Translations under genes and position numbers: made by a program
Notes under the pieces: generated by a model
Seen by the model: only the letters and a program-made list of their open reading frames with translations
Told to the model about the DNA's origin: nothing
Databases searched by the model: none
Assembly (NCBI RefSeq): GCF_001194135.2
Contig: NC_068981.1
Location: 151,713,115 to 151,766,946, forward strand
Source of the DNA: Octopus bimaculoides
Taxonomy: Eukaryota
DNA: 53,832 nt
Direction: 5' to 3'
Shown here: positions 28,308 through 40,202 of the stretch, one piece after another
Numbering within the stretch: the stretch's first letter is position 1
How the letters are laid out: each line of letters opens with the position of its first letter

Positions 28308-28560
28308 GCTCATAATAATTGGTGCGTTGGGAACAGTAAGCAAAGTTATCAACAAATGGCTGAGGGAGAGTGAAATAGAATGACCGGTAGAGCTCCTGCA
28401 GAAAAATTTGTCTCTTAAGAACAGCAAGGATTATCAGCAGGTTTGTAAGCACTTGAAAGACTCCTGAAAACTTGTGGGTACCTAAAGTTACAGGTAATAT
28501 CCCGCTATCCACATAATTCCTACCAGAAAAAAGACTGTACCTGAGCCAAACCAAAATAAC
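28308..28560 (+). mobile_element. R4/Dong-clade 3' end fragment (second subfamily)
   Basis: IIIGALGTVSKVINKWLRESEIE*PVELLQK is a typical R4 C-terminus; preceded by (AAT)4. Confidence 0.7.
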
Positions 28561-28568
28561 AATAGTCA

Positions 28569-28779
28569 TTTCTACTATAGGCACAACGCCTGAAATTTTG
28601 GGGGAGGCGACTAGTCAATTACATCAACCCCAGAGTTTAACTGGTGCGTAATTTATCGACCCCAAAAGGATGAAAGGCAAAGTCGACTCGGCGAAATTTG
28701 AACTCACACATAGCGACGAGCGAAATACCGCTAAGCATTTTGATTCAGCGTGCTAACAGTTCTGCCAACTCGCTGCCTT
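28569..28779 (-). mobile_element. SINE family B, full length
   Basis: Collinear with 25744-25956. Confidence 0.8.
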
Positions 28780-28788
28780 ATGATGATA

Positions 28789-28835
<47 letters not shown>

Positions 28836-28837
<2 letters not shown>

Positions 28838-29053
28838 CTATTATTTCAATTTTTTGCCACATGGGCAGCTTGTGGGAGGAGATTAAGTTGATTACATCGA
28901 CCCCAGTGCGTAACTGGTACTTATTTAATCGACCCCGATAGGATGAAAGGTAAAGTTGACCTCGGTGGAATTTGATCTCAGAGCGTCGCGACAGGCGAAA
29001 TACCGCTAAGCATTTCGCCCAGCGTAATAACGATTCTGCCAGCTCGCCGCCTT
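28836..29053 (-). mobile_element. SINE family B, full length, tandem to the previous copy
   Basis: Collinear; (ATC)n tail at 28780-28835. Confidence 0.8.
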
Positions 29054-29055
29054 AT

Positions 29056-29104
<49 letters not shown>

Positions 29105-29125
29105 GTAGTAGTAGTAGTAGTAGTA

Positions 29126-29356
29126 GGTGCATTAGGTATGATAATAAACATTCAGACAAATATATGACAAAAACACCAGGATTTACAAGTATATATAACA
29201 TGCAGGAAATAGCACTCCTAGGCAACGCACACATCCTACCTAAAATACTTTCAATACAATGAAAATAAGAGCACCGCAACAAACCACAGCACATACCCTA
29301 GGCACACAGAGTTGCACTCGGTAGTGTACTGAAAGGACATAATAAAAATAAGACTA

Positions 29357-29360
<4 letters not shown>
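29126..29360 (+). mobile_element. R4/Dong-clade 3' end fragment (third subfamily) with (AAT)n tail
   Basis: GALGM...KHSDKYMTKTPG...MQEIALLGNAHILPKILSIQ*, then 3' UTR ending ctactga|ataataata. Confidence 0.75.
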
Positions 29361-29446
<86 letters not shown>

Positions 29447-30289
29447 NNNNNNNNNNNNNNNNNNNNNNNNNNNNNNNNNNNNNNNNNNNNNNNNNNNNNN
29501 NNNNNNNNNNNNNNNNNNNNNNNNNNNNNNNNNNNNNNNNNNNNNNNNNNNNNNNNNNNNNNNNNNNNNNNNNNNNNNNNNNNNNNNNNNNNNNNNNNNN
29601 NNNNNNNNNNNNNNNNNNNNNNNNNNNNNNNNNNNNNNNNNNNNNNNNNNNNNNNNNNNNNNNNNNNNNNNNNNNNNNNNNNNNNNNNNNNNNNNNNNNN
29701 NNNNNNNNNNNNNNNNNNNNNNNNNNNNNNNNNNNNNNNNNNNNNNNNNNNNNNNNNNNNNNNNNNNNNNNNNNNNNNNNNNNNNNNNNNNNNNNNNNNN
29801 NNNNNNNNNNNNNNNNNNNNNNNNNNNNNNNNNNNNNNNNNNNNNNNNNNNNNNNNNNNNNNNNNNNNNNNNNNNNNNNNNNNNNNNNNNNNNNNNNNNN
29901 NNNNNNNNNNNNNNNNNNNNNNNNNNNNNNNNNNNNNNNNNNNNNNNNNNNNNNNNNNNNNNNNNNNNNNNNNNNNNNNNNNNNNNNNNNNNNNNNNNNN
30001 NNNNNNNNNNNNNNNNNNNNNNNNNNNNNNNNNNNNNNNNNNNNNNNNNNNNNNNNNNNNNNNNNNNNNNNNNNNNNNNNNNNNNNNNNNNNNNNNNNNN
30101 NNNNNNNNNNNNNNNNNNNNNNNNNNNNNNNNNNNNNNNNNNNNNNNNNNNNNNNNNNNNNNNNNNNNNNNNNNNNNNNNNNNNNNNNNNNNNNNNNNNN
30201 NNNNNNNNNNNNNNNNNNNNNNNNNNNNNNNNNNNNNNNNNNNNNNNNNNNNNNNNNNNNNNNNNNNNNNNNNNNNNNNNNNNNNNNNN
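29447..30289. other. Scaffold gap; other gaps at 10652-10751, 27683-27692, 31832-32132, 39078-39309 and 50268-50915
   Basis: N runs, each abutting a microsatellite on at least one side. Confidence 1.
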
Positions 30290-30349
30290 GGCGCACAGAG
30301 CTGTGCTCGGTAGTGAAGTGAAAGCACGTTATAAAAATAAAACTACTGA
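30290..30349 (+). mobile_element. Second 3' terminus of the 29126-29360 family, emerging from the gap
   Basis: cacagag..ctcggtagtg..gaaag..ataaaaataa.actactga|ataat matches 29305-29360. Confidence 0.7.
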
Positions 30350-30397
30350 ATAATAATAATAATAATAATAATGATGATGATGATGATGATGATGATG

Positions 30398-30450
<53 letters not shown>

Positions 30451-30719
30451 GATGATGATTTGGCATGGACAGAAGAAAGCTATAACCATTTTGTGAAAAT
30501 ATAAATGCAGGCCACCCAAAGCGATGAAAAGAGGTTGTTGTGACTCCTTTCTATACATAACGAAAAAAAAAAAGAAAAGAAAACAGAACAGAATGCAACA
30601 AACCGAATATTATAGTTGTGACAGGAAGAAAAGATATATTTATTGTCATTAAATGTGACATGTCCATTTTATACCAGAGTAAAAAGAAGGGTAAAGAGAA
30701 AGCAGCATATTATACAAGT

Positions 30720-30940
30720 GTTGGGATAGGGAAGTTAGCAAGGACACGATCTTGTCGATTTTAATTGAGGCTTTGAGTATAGTGACAGAAAGAATCTGAG
30801 AACAAATCCTGAAAAGCTTCATCTTAACCTGGGGGTGAGTGCAGCAAGAATTATCCAAAAAGTCGACAATACAAAGAAAGAATAGAGCATGTAAAGCAAG
30901 AAAACTCTTCGACACAAGGTACAAAATGCTGCTCACCCTA
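30720..30940 (+). mobile_element. Probable further R4-clade C-terminal remnant
   Basis: Decayed SILIEALSIV (resembles PIVIGALG) followed by SAARIIQKV (resembles TARILRKV). Confidence 0.4.
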
Positions 30941-30999
30941 AATCACAAGTTGTGGTTCAATAGAAAGCGTAATTAAACCGTGCACAGCATCATTTCCAT

Positions 31000-31720
31000 C
31001 GTACCTCACAAAAAAGTAAACATAGAATATCCATCAAAACACTTGCAAGATAATCGTTATACACCAAATACTATTATACTAAAACGTTCAGTATATTACT
31101 GTTATAGCCACTGCTTTACCTGCAATCTTATTTGTAGCAGTGAAGTTACCTTTTAAAAGCAGGTTGATTCATGTGTAATATCTTTTCTAATTTTCCTTTT
31201 AGTGTAGCTTTGGCACATTTTCTAATACCATACTGATTTTGATATCGCAACTGAATTCATGTACAGTTTTGATTAGGTTCTCCTGCTTGGCTTTATCGTT
31301 TATAAATAGTTTTTAATTATCCGTATAAACGAATAGTTTGTCCATAGTATTTGTAAACATTAGTAGCTTTATTGATGAAATTTAATGTAGACCTAAAAAA
31401 AAAAAGAGAAAAGAATGGATATTGAAATATGGCTACTTTTGCTTACCGTCTTCTTGTAGTTACAAAGTTTCCATTTCGGACTGATTTGTTTGTATTTAAT
31501 GCTTCTAATATCTAGTATCAAATTATGTTTTGTGACATAACTGCCTCAGTCTCTCTTGAGATAACTGCTCAGCTGACCAATAGTTCTTTACAGCAATATA
31601 TTCTTTTCCGATCTGATGTTAACTAATAATATTAAAATTAAAACTACAATTTAGGACTGTTATAACCACTTTTTAGCCTATTATCTTATTTCTAGCATCC
31701 AAATGGGTTTTTAATGTTAA
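31000..31720 (-). mobile_element. Old R4-clade RT fragment
   Basis: Minus strand with frameshifts: YCCKELLVS (resembles YGCKDQLLIN), NYKK, YTDN*KLF (resembles YMDDLKLF), NLIKTVHEFSCDIK...LEKCAKATLKGKL, AVAITVIY. Confidence 0.55.
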
Positions 31721-32132
31721 ACTTATTCTTGTGTAATATTTTTCTAGCCCATTTTTGTGCTAAATGATATGACTTTCCGAAGGAGTAGCCAGCCTGTTAG
31801 TGGGTATATATATATATATATATATATATATNNNNNNNNNNNNNNNNNNNNNNNNNNNNNNNNNNNNNNNNNNNNNNNNNNNNNNNNNNNNNNNNNNNNN
31901 NNNNNNNNNNNNNNNNNNNNNNNNNNNNNNNNNNNNNNNNNNNNNNNNNNNNNNNNNNNNNNNNNNNNNNNNNNNNNNNNNNNNNNNNNNNNNNNNNNNN
32001 NNNNNNNNNNNNNNNNNNNNNNNNNNNNNNNNNNNNNNNNNNNNNNNNNNNNNNNNNNNNNNNNNNNNNNNNNNNNNNNNNNNNNNNNNNNNNNNNNNNN
32101 NNNNNNNNNNNNNNNNNNNNNNNNNNNNNNNN

Positions 32133-32620
32133 GGTGGTTAGGGCAGGGGACAGGCAGTCGTAGGATTGCGGTTTCGATTCCTAGACCAGGCACTGTGAGT
32201 GTTTATTGAGTGAAAACACCTAAAGCTCCACGAGCTCTATTGAGCAAAACACCTAAAGCTCCACCAGGCTCCGGCAGGGGTTGTGGTGAACCCTGCTGTA
32301 CTCTTTCACCACAACTTTCTCTCAGTCTTTCTTCCTGTTTCTGTTGTACCTATATTTCAAAGGGTCAGCTTTGTCACATTCTGTGTCACGTTGAATATCC
32401 CCGAGAACTACGTTAAGGGTACACATGTCTGTGGAGTGCTCAGCCACTTGCACGTATATAAACTGGCTGCGACGTCACTGGTGCCAAGCTATATCGGCCT
32501 TTGCCTTTCCCTTGGATAACATCGGTGGCGTGGAGAGGGGAGGCTGGTATGCATGGGGACTGCTGGTCTTCCATAAACAACCTTCCCCAATTTGTGCCTC
32601 GAGGGGTAACTTTCTAGGTG
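32133..32620 (+). mobile_element. tRNA-derived SINE, family D (composite body)
   Basis: Head ggtggttagggc...ggtttcgattcc; internal tandem duplication of about 27 nt (tattgag..aaaacacctaaagctccac); core ccccgagaactacgttaagggtacac, which recurs decayed near 18370-18420. Confidence 0.7.
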
Positions 32621-32982
32621 ATTAGAATATTTTCACCAAAGCGTTATAATGAAAGGTTTAAACCTTTTGTTGCCAAGGAAACATTAATATATATTTGCAA
32701 AAACATTTCTTCATACTTTCACAATTTTCGATTTTGCTGACACAATTTGATTTATATTATCAAATATTGGCTTGTGAATCATTTAGTGATTAGTTTAGCA
32801 ATAATACTGAATATCAACCTTTATTTTAAAGCCAAATGTATCATGGTTCTCTCACATGTGCAAGTAAAGAATACTTATGAAAACGATGTCTTTATATCTT
32901 ACATTACTTATTTCATATATTATTTGATTTGCATAGGTGTATGGGCGTGCGTGCGTGTGTGTATGTGTGTGTGTGCATGCGC

Positions 32983-33013
<31 letters not shown>

Positions 33014-33056
33014 CGCGTTGAAGTAGCTCTAATAATGTAAACAATATCCGTGGTAT

Positions 33057-33305
33057 ATACATAGTATATGTGTTTTGTTTATGCCTCAATTCGCTGCGTA
33101 CTAGGAAAGCTCTCTACCCGACGCCGAGTGTTAAAGAACACTGAATATCCAAAACAGGCGAGACAACTCGCCTGAAGTCCTCGAGAATGAGGGATATCTA
33201 TATTTCGCTATTATCTATTATTCTGGGTCACTTCAGGCGAGTGTTCTTCAACACTCACCGTCGTAATGCTATTTCGCAGTAAATTGGCGTACATACACTA
33301 TGTAT
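33057..33305. repeat. Degenerate fold-back (MITE-like)
   Basis: Inverted pairs: 33057-33071/33291-33305 (14/15), 33126-33142/33240-33256 (16/17), 33167-33178/33230-33241 (12/12). Confidence 0.75.
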
Positions 33306-33328
33306 GAGCGACCGATAACATATAAACA

Positions 33329-33398
<70 letters not shown>

Positions 33399-33411
33399 CG
33401 TGGGTATGTAT

Positions 33412-33446
<35 letters not shown>

Positions 33447-35008
33447 AGTGTATGATGCATGTATGTATATATAGAGATACGCTTACATATTCAATAAAAT
33501 GAATAGTTAACCGTGAGAAGGGAGCAAAATAATTATGTATTTATAGCTTCGAATTTAAAAGACTACGATTTAAAAATTTACTTCTCAACTATTGGTATTA
33601 ATTACTATAGTAACAGGTGTCTAATCCTTTAACATTAATCAAGCCTCAACTTATTGGGATCAATATGACACTGATCCTAATTGCCAGATTATGAAAACAC
33701 AGAGTATTGCGCGATACATAAAATTCCCTTCGCTTGGTTTTTAATACAAGTTTAATTGGAGGTTGCGTCTCGAATATTCTAATTAAACCCGATACGTTTC
33801 CTTTCAGTGAAATGTAATAAACTATTTCCCGTACAATGAGCCGACTAAGAGAGCCTTCACGCATATCCTTTTGAAATAGATCAATATCTAAATGCCAGAT
33901 TAAACTGTCGGATAGGAATTGTTGTTTATCTTACCAAATGGTTGGATTTAAAATTAAATAACTCACTCATCGGTTACTAATGAAAAGAGTGCGTGTTTGA
34001 CGTAAATTTACCACTTTGCTTGGATCGGAAATATTTTACTAGGTATTGATCCTGTAGCAATTATTTTAATGTCAATGCTATTTTTAACACTGCTAATAGA
34101 TATTGCTGAAATGAATCATTACACTAATACGATTCTCAATTAGACTAAAATGAAATATAATCAATATTCCATGGTTTGAATTCAGAAGTAACTATTTGTA
34201 AGTCTCGATGGGAAATTTAATAACTCAAGTTATACGAAGTATAATACACAGCAAATGTTGATAGCCTGGATTTCATTTTGTTAAAGTTCCTGCTTTTCGA
34301 TTTTATGTACAACTTAAGAGATAAACGCAATAAACAGAAGTAAGACTTTATATATTTATGCTGGTTTTGCATCACGTGAAACCTTTGAAAATAATTAAAC
34401 CAAGGTAAAACAAAATATAGCAAAAGTTTTACGAAATCCCACCAACTCTGTATCGATGAATTGCCTTTCTGTTCATTTCAATGTTATAATAATGCATATT
34501 TTAATACAGAATAATACAATCGGATTGTGAAATATTTCGTGCATGTACAAAAATATATGCCATAACAAATTGAACTGATATGATATTTCCTACATATTTC
34601 AAGCCTACGCATATACATATTTATGTATGTGTTTACGTACAAATATACATACATACATACATACATACATACATACATACATACATACATACATTTATAT
34701 GTATGTGTATGTATGTGTTTATGTATACATGTATACATATATATACATAAATATGCATGTACATGTATAACATTATAATGTAATGTGTATGCACGACAAA
34801 TAAACATTTACATTAGGCCTCAATAAAATTGAATGTATTACATCAACATGTGTGGATGCAGAAAAATACACACGGATGCATCTCTTACGATATGTTTTAC
34901 AGTACATCGCAAAAGATATATATACAAATACATATACATATATATATATATGTATACACATATTAAGTAGATACATACATACATACATACATACATACAT
35001 ACATACAT

Positions 35009-36254
35009 GTAGTACCGGTGCTGATCCCAACATTTGGGATACTTGATTGGTCTGTAGAGGAAATCCACCCATAGATATTAAAACCCGCAAAATCCTGATA
35101 ACAACTGGGAACTTCCACAGAAACAGTGATATTGACAGGCTCTACCTAAGGAGAAATGAAGATGGAAAAGGCTTGAGATCAGTGCAAACGGCCTTCTAAT
35201 GCCGTATGATATCACTCAAGCAACACCTGCTAAACAACAGCAGAAAAATAAATTCATTAATGCAGTCCTGAAAAGTGAAGTGAGCAACATTGTACGAGTT
35301 GGCAGTGAACTCCTCAGGAAACATTCTCTTCCTAATGATCTCCTATACAGCCCCAAAACAGCTGAACTCTCTTACCTCAGAGATGATCTGGATGGAGAGC
35401 ACTCAGCATGCAAAAAAAAAAAAAGACGATGCATGGGTTTGTTGTCCGGAAGCTTGAAGAAGACAGCAGAATTTACACGAAGCGCAGCCTCTCATAGACA
35501 CAAGACCACTGCATCACATTACACTTTGAAGGTTATGCGTTTGCAATCCAGGAACAGGAGACTGCCACAAAGTACGAGGTGAACACTAGAGACATTTATG
35601 CTCTTGTAATACCAAGTTGCAACCGCATGTGTAGGCTATGTCGTGTTTCTGTAGAAGACATTACGTATGTAATTAGCAGCTGTCCTAAAATATCGTCACA
35701 GTATTACCTCCTTATGAGGCACAATGATGTTGCTTAAAACAATTTACAATGCAATCCGCAAAAAGGCTTGTCCAGAAATAAACTTTAAAAAATCATTCTG
35801 TTATGGAATACATTCATAAACACCACTTAAGGAATACTAGTGGAATATTCCCATCAAATCTTCTGTCAAATGTTTGCATAACAGGTTGGATATTGTTGTT
35901 TGGGACGGAAGGACAAAGGTATGTACCATCGTAGAGGTTAGCTGCCCTACAGATATAAATATCTCTTTGAAAATCAAAGGAAAAGAAGATATCTATAGAC
36001 AACTGCTTCGAAACCTCCAACTTCTATATCCAGACTATGAATTCATATACATACGGAAGAGAAATTTACCGGCTGATTCGTACATTACAAGTCCAATCTG
36101 TGAGTAGAGCAGTAAAAATATGCAAGACTTTTCTCAAGTTCCAAATGTGAATTTGTCTGTGTTAATTACATCCCAAAGATGTAGCCTTGTATATTTGTTG
36201 GAAACTGGCTCCCCTCCTCACTGGAAGATTTATAATAATTAAAAAATAGAAGAG
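35009..36254 (+). mobile_element. R4/Dong-clade element, 5'-truncated copy 2 of the same family
   Basis: VVPVLIPTFGILDW...DIKTRKIL...GNFHRNSDIDRLYL thumb, EGYAFAIQEQE, CRLC..HDV, RLDIVVWD...EVSCP. 3' UTR nearly the same as copy 1 and ends at AGAAGAG|ACATACAT. Confidence 0.9.
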
Positions 36255-36262
36255 ACATACAT

Positions 36263-37803
36263 GGTAGCTACTTTCTCGTATACGAACAAACCCATTGCTA
36301 GAAAGAGTCATTATAATGAGCCATTCCAATATATCCCAAGAATTTTTCTAAGAAAATATTGATGATATCGTTCCAAACGCTTTAAATGGCTACGGTAAAC
36401 AACCTATGTCTCACTTCCCTAGAGCAACGGAAAAGATATACTATGGCGTGACCAGAGACGCTTGTCAAGCCTACAAAAGGCACTACTAGCTTTGCTGATT
36501 CTATACGAAATTTCATCAAGACCAGTAGTGCTCAAAGTGCTTCCTAAATAAATGAATTTAGCCATAACTTTCAACCTTTGTCCATGCACTGTGACAGAAG
36601 GTTCAATATAAAGTTTTGAGGGGGGGGGGGCAGGTTAGTATATCAGAAAAGTTTCCTTCATGTTGATTGTGAGGCCCAATGCTGTACATGCTGCAGAAAT
36701 CGCATTTATCGTGTGTTGCATATCCTCCCGGGAATGTACTAACAGGTCACAATCATCTGCACACAAAAGCTCAATGATTTGAGAATGAGGAACTTTCGTT
36801 TTGGCACAGTCTTTTGAGGTTGAAAAGTTTTCCCGCTGTCCTATATCTTATGTAGACCCCTTCAGCACAATCTTCGAAATCTATTTGAAAGATTATTGTA
36901 AAATACAGAGCAAACAAGGTATATCACTCTGTTTTAAATTATTTTCTACAGAAATTCGATCTGACATGGTACATCCAACATTAACTTTCACCTCCATCTC
37001 ATTATGAAATTGTCTAAGCATTCTCACAATTTTTTCAGGGCAGCCCAGCTTTTTCAGGATCACGGAAAGTGCAACTCTATTTACAGAATCAAACGTTTTC
37101 GTCAGATCAATAAAAACTTGATATAAATCCATATCCTGTTCGATGCACTTCTATTGTAATTGTCTAGCTGAAAATATCTTATCCATAGTACCTCTAAGGA
37201 TATGATATAGTACCTAAATCCACATTGTGATTCTGGTAGAGCCTCATCAGCAATGTGCAGAAGCAGTCTATCCAGCATTACCCTACAAAGGGCCTTTCCA
37301 GACACAACTGGCGAAAATTATTGTAGACATCCTTTCCACTTTTCGATTTATAAAGTATCTCCATAATCACATCATGCCAATCTTGAGGAACCACTTCACT
37401 ATGCCATACCTTCTGAATCTCTGCACCTAATCTATCCATACCAGGGGCTTTTCTATTTTTCAATTTAACGATAGCCGCTTTTATTTCAACCAAGTTCGGA
37501 ACCTCTGCTAAGTGATTTTTTGTTGGTCTTTCGGGTATATTATCAAGAACAGAGAGATCAACTTCGATGGGTCTATTCAGCAACTCACCGTTCCACCTCC
37601 CAACAATATTTTTAGGATTTGTTAATAATTCTATGCCATCCTTGCTACGAAGTCGAGCAACCGCTGATGAAGTTGACCCACAAACTTTTTTCAAGAAAGA
37701 ATAAAGAAGTTTTGAATTGTTAGCATTTGAAGCTTCTTGGATTTCATCGCATTTATCACTCCACTAATTTTCCTATATCATCCTCAGCTTCCTCTGCGCT
37801 GTT
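36263..37803 (-). mobile_element. RTE (BovB-like) LINE, 5'-truncated, decayed
   Basis: RKAPGMD, LPESQCGFR, FIDLTKTFDSVNR, KKLGCPEKIVRMLRQFH, YLGSTLS...RISKASSAFCRL, LERYHQYFLRKIL. 3' UTR tctttctagcaatgg...gagaaagtagc. Confidence 0.9.
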
Positions 37804-38704
37804 ACATACACATACATAAATACACGCCGAGTATAGACGTATATATTAGATATCTATATCTATGTCCACGTGTAAGATGTAGACCTTAATAAAAAGAAAA
37901 TACTCAGCCATAACCTGCTTGATCTTGTTCTCAACGATGCTCTTCATTCTCTAATAGTTATATCTCACATTTGTATTTCTTCATCGACACTACTTTTACG
38001 AGAATATTGTATCTATTTCAGAACAAAGGCTTTGTAGCAGAAGCTTGATCACTCTTGACCTTTAGCTGCCCACATTCTGGCATTTTACTTTTAGCTACTT
38101 ATTTTTGGTTCATCATGTGATGGTCCAGTCCATTTAGCTTTACTTGGACTGTCTACCCTTTAACCTGATGGACTAGCCTAGCGTCCCAATGTTACTATTT
38201 AAGGGACGATTTTTCCTGCTAATTCCTTAGGGAGATGAGTTTGCTACGAGTGATTTTTGTATCTTCGACAATGAGAGCAGTGTATTCACTTTGCAGGCTC
38301 AGCAATTACAGAATTGTAACCAGAATCCTTGACGCTATGCTTGCGTTTACTCAACATTTTAAACAGAATTGTAACTAGAATCTTTGCTACTAGTCTTCAG
38401 GTTTTTCTAGCCTTTCATCTTCAACTTCTACAAGCATTTGAATCTATGTAATGCATTGACAATTAATGTCTTACCCGTTTACTGTAGTTCACTTTAGCGA
38501 CGGTAAAAAATGTTTCAGTTCAATTAACTTCAATTTGCCTTTGCATTTTCTTATTAATATCCATCCTGGCTTATTTTAATCAAAAGACATTATACAATCA
38601 GGCCTTAAACCGCATTTCATACAACAACGACATTCGTTGCTAAAACTTTTTCGATCACTTTATTTAAAATTTCAATAATGTGTGCATGCGTATGTATATA
38701 TATA

Positions 38705-38711
38705 TGTGTGA

Positions 38712-38799
<88 letters not shown>

Positions 38800-38811
38800 T
38801 GTGTGTGTGTG
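38705..38811. repeat. (GT)n microsatellite; similar (GT)n/(CT)n/(AT)n arrays near 2760, 3594, 12845, 15060, 21140, 33330, 34640, 39840, 46230, 50190 and 53460
   Basis: Read directly. Confidence 0.95.
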
Positions 38812-39069
38812 TAGGCATTGATGAAAACATACGTAGGTATTGTAAATAAAGATAGAGTGACACAAGTATGTTATACTAGATTTTTTAAAATATGGCAGTC
38901 GGAACTTTCCTCATGCAAAAAGACAATATCTAACAATGTATTTGCAGTGCCAGTACTGATTCCCACATTTGGGATTCTTGGTTGGTCTGTTGAAGAAACT
39001 CACTCCATAGACGTTAAAACCTGCAAGATACTATCATCAAATGGACAATTCCACCGAAATAATGATCTA
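38812..39069 (+). mobile_element. R4-clade RT/thumb fragment related to copy 2
   Basis: KIWQSELSSCKKTISNNVFAVPVLIPTFGILGWSVEETHSIDVKTCKILSSNGQFHRNND; overlaps the 5' part of copy 2 in sequence. Confidence 0.8.
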
Positions 39070-39309
39070 CACACACANNNNNNNNNNNNNNNNNNNNNNN
39101 NNNNNNNNNNNNNNNNNNNNNNNNNNNNNNNNNNNNNNNNNNNNNNNNNNNNNNNNNNNNNNNNNNNNNNNNNNNNNNNNNNNNNNNNNNNNNNNNNNNN
39201 NNNNNNNNNNNNNNNNNNNNNNNNNNNNNNNNNNNNNNNNNNNNNNNNNNNNNNNNNNNNNNNNNNNNNNNNNNNNNNNNNNNNNNNNNNNNNNNNNNNN
39301 NNNNNNNNN

Positions 39310-39569
39310 TCAGAAATAGCAGTCAAAGAACTACTGATTTCAAAACTACAAATTATTACTCTAGATTGATAGCGATACTTTTGATACACACAGAACAAAA
39401 AACAGTAGAGAAGAGTAAAAAAAAAAAACACCTGCCTTAACTAAAGGCAGGTGGTTTTTTTCACTCTTCTCTACTGTTTTTTGTTCTGTGTGTATCAAAA
39501 GTATCGCTATCAATCTAGAGTAATAATTTGTAGTTTTGAAATCAGTAGTTCTTTGACTGCTATTTCTGA
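39310..39569. repeat. Near-perfect inverted repeat (arms about 127 nt, 5-nt loop)
   Basis: 39310-39438 versus 39444-39569; differences only around the central A/T run; left arm starts at the gap edge. Confidence 0.95.
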
Positions 39570-39838
39570 ATTCTCAGTATGTTGGAGAAGCAGGTTACTG
39601 TCAATCCCTATATATTTATGAGTATATATATATATATATATATATCAGTGGCGAAACCGCGTGAACATTCAGGATTACGACCGAGGAGGCAATTAGCTGC
39701 GAGTGAGCCGTTTATCTTGTTTTGTGCTGTTTGCCGTGGTCGTGCTATCGTCTATTTTCCGCATGTTGTGTTCTGACGGATTCCGTTTGTTGTGCATTTT
39801 TTCTTTTCTACCCTTTATATATATATGCATATGTGTAC

Positions 39839-39924
<86 letters not shown>

Positions 39925-40202
39925 ATCCGTATGTCAGTGGTCGGAAGATAGAGCAAGCACGTGAGAATGTTTGGTTTTCTAGCTTAACATCTAAATATAT
40001 CAAGCAGAATGAATACCTACCTCGGAGCTGTGAAAATCATTTCACTTGAAGTAATGAAAAATAAAAATCCAATTTATAATTATATCATTTAAACATGTTA
40101 TTTGTTGTCGGGGAATAATTGACAAGCCCTTTTCTGAAAATGTTATAAAGCCGTAAGAAAATGTTAAGCACGATTGCTTTATTTATTTGCTATATCTAAT
40201 TA

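Noticed and set aside
25691-30460. CRISPR-like repeat/spacer appearance
   Set aside because: The repeats are variable-length trinucleotide runs and the spacers are TE fragments of 60-1000 nt; there are no cas genes and the context is eukaryotic.
31441-31530. Apparent minus-strand exon ending ACG|gtaagc
   Set aside because: Poor acceptor, and the segment is better explained as part of the decayed R4 RT at 31000-31720.
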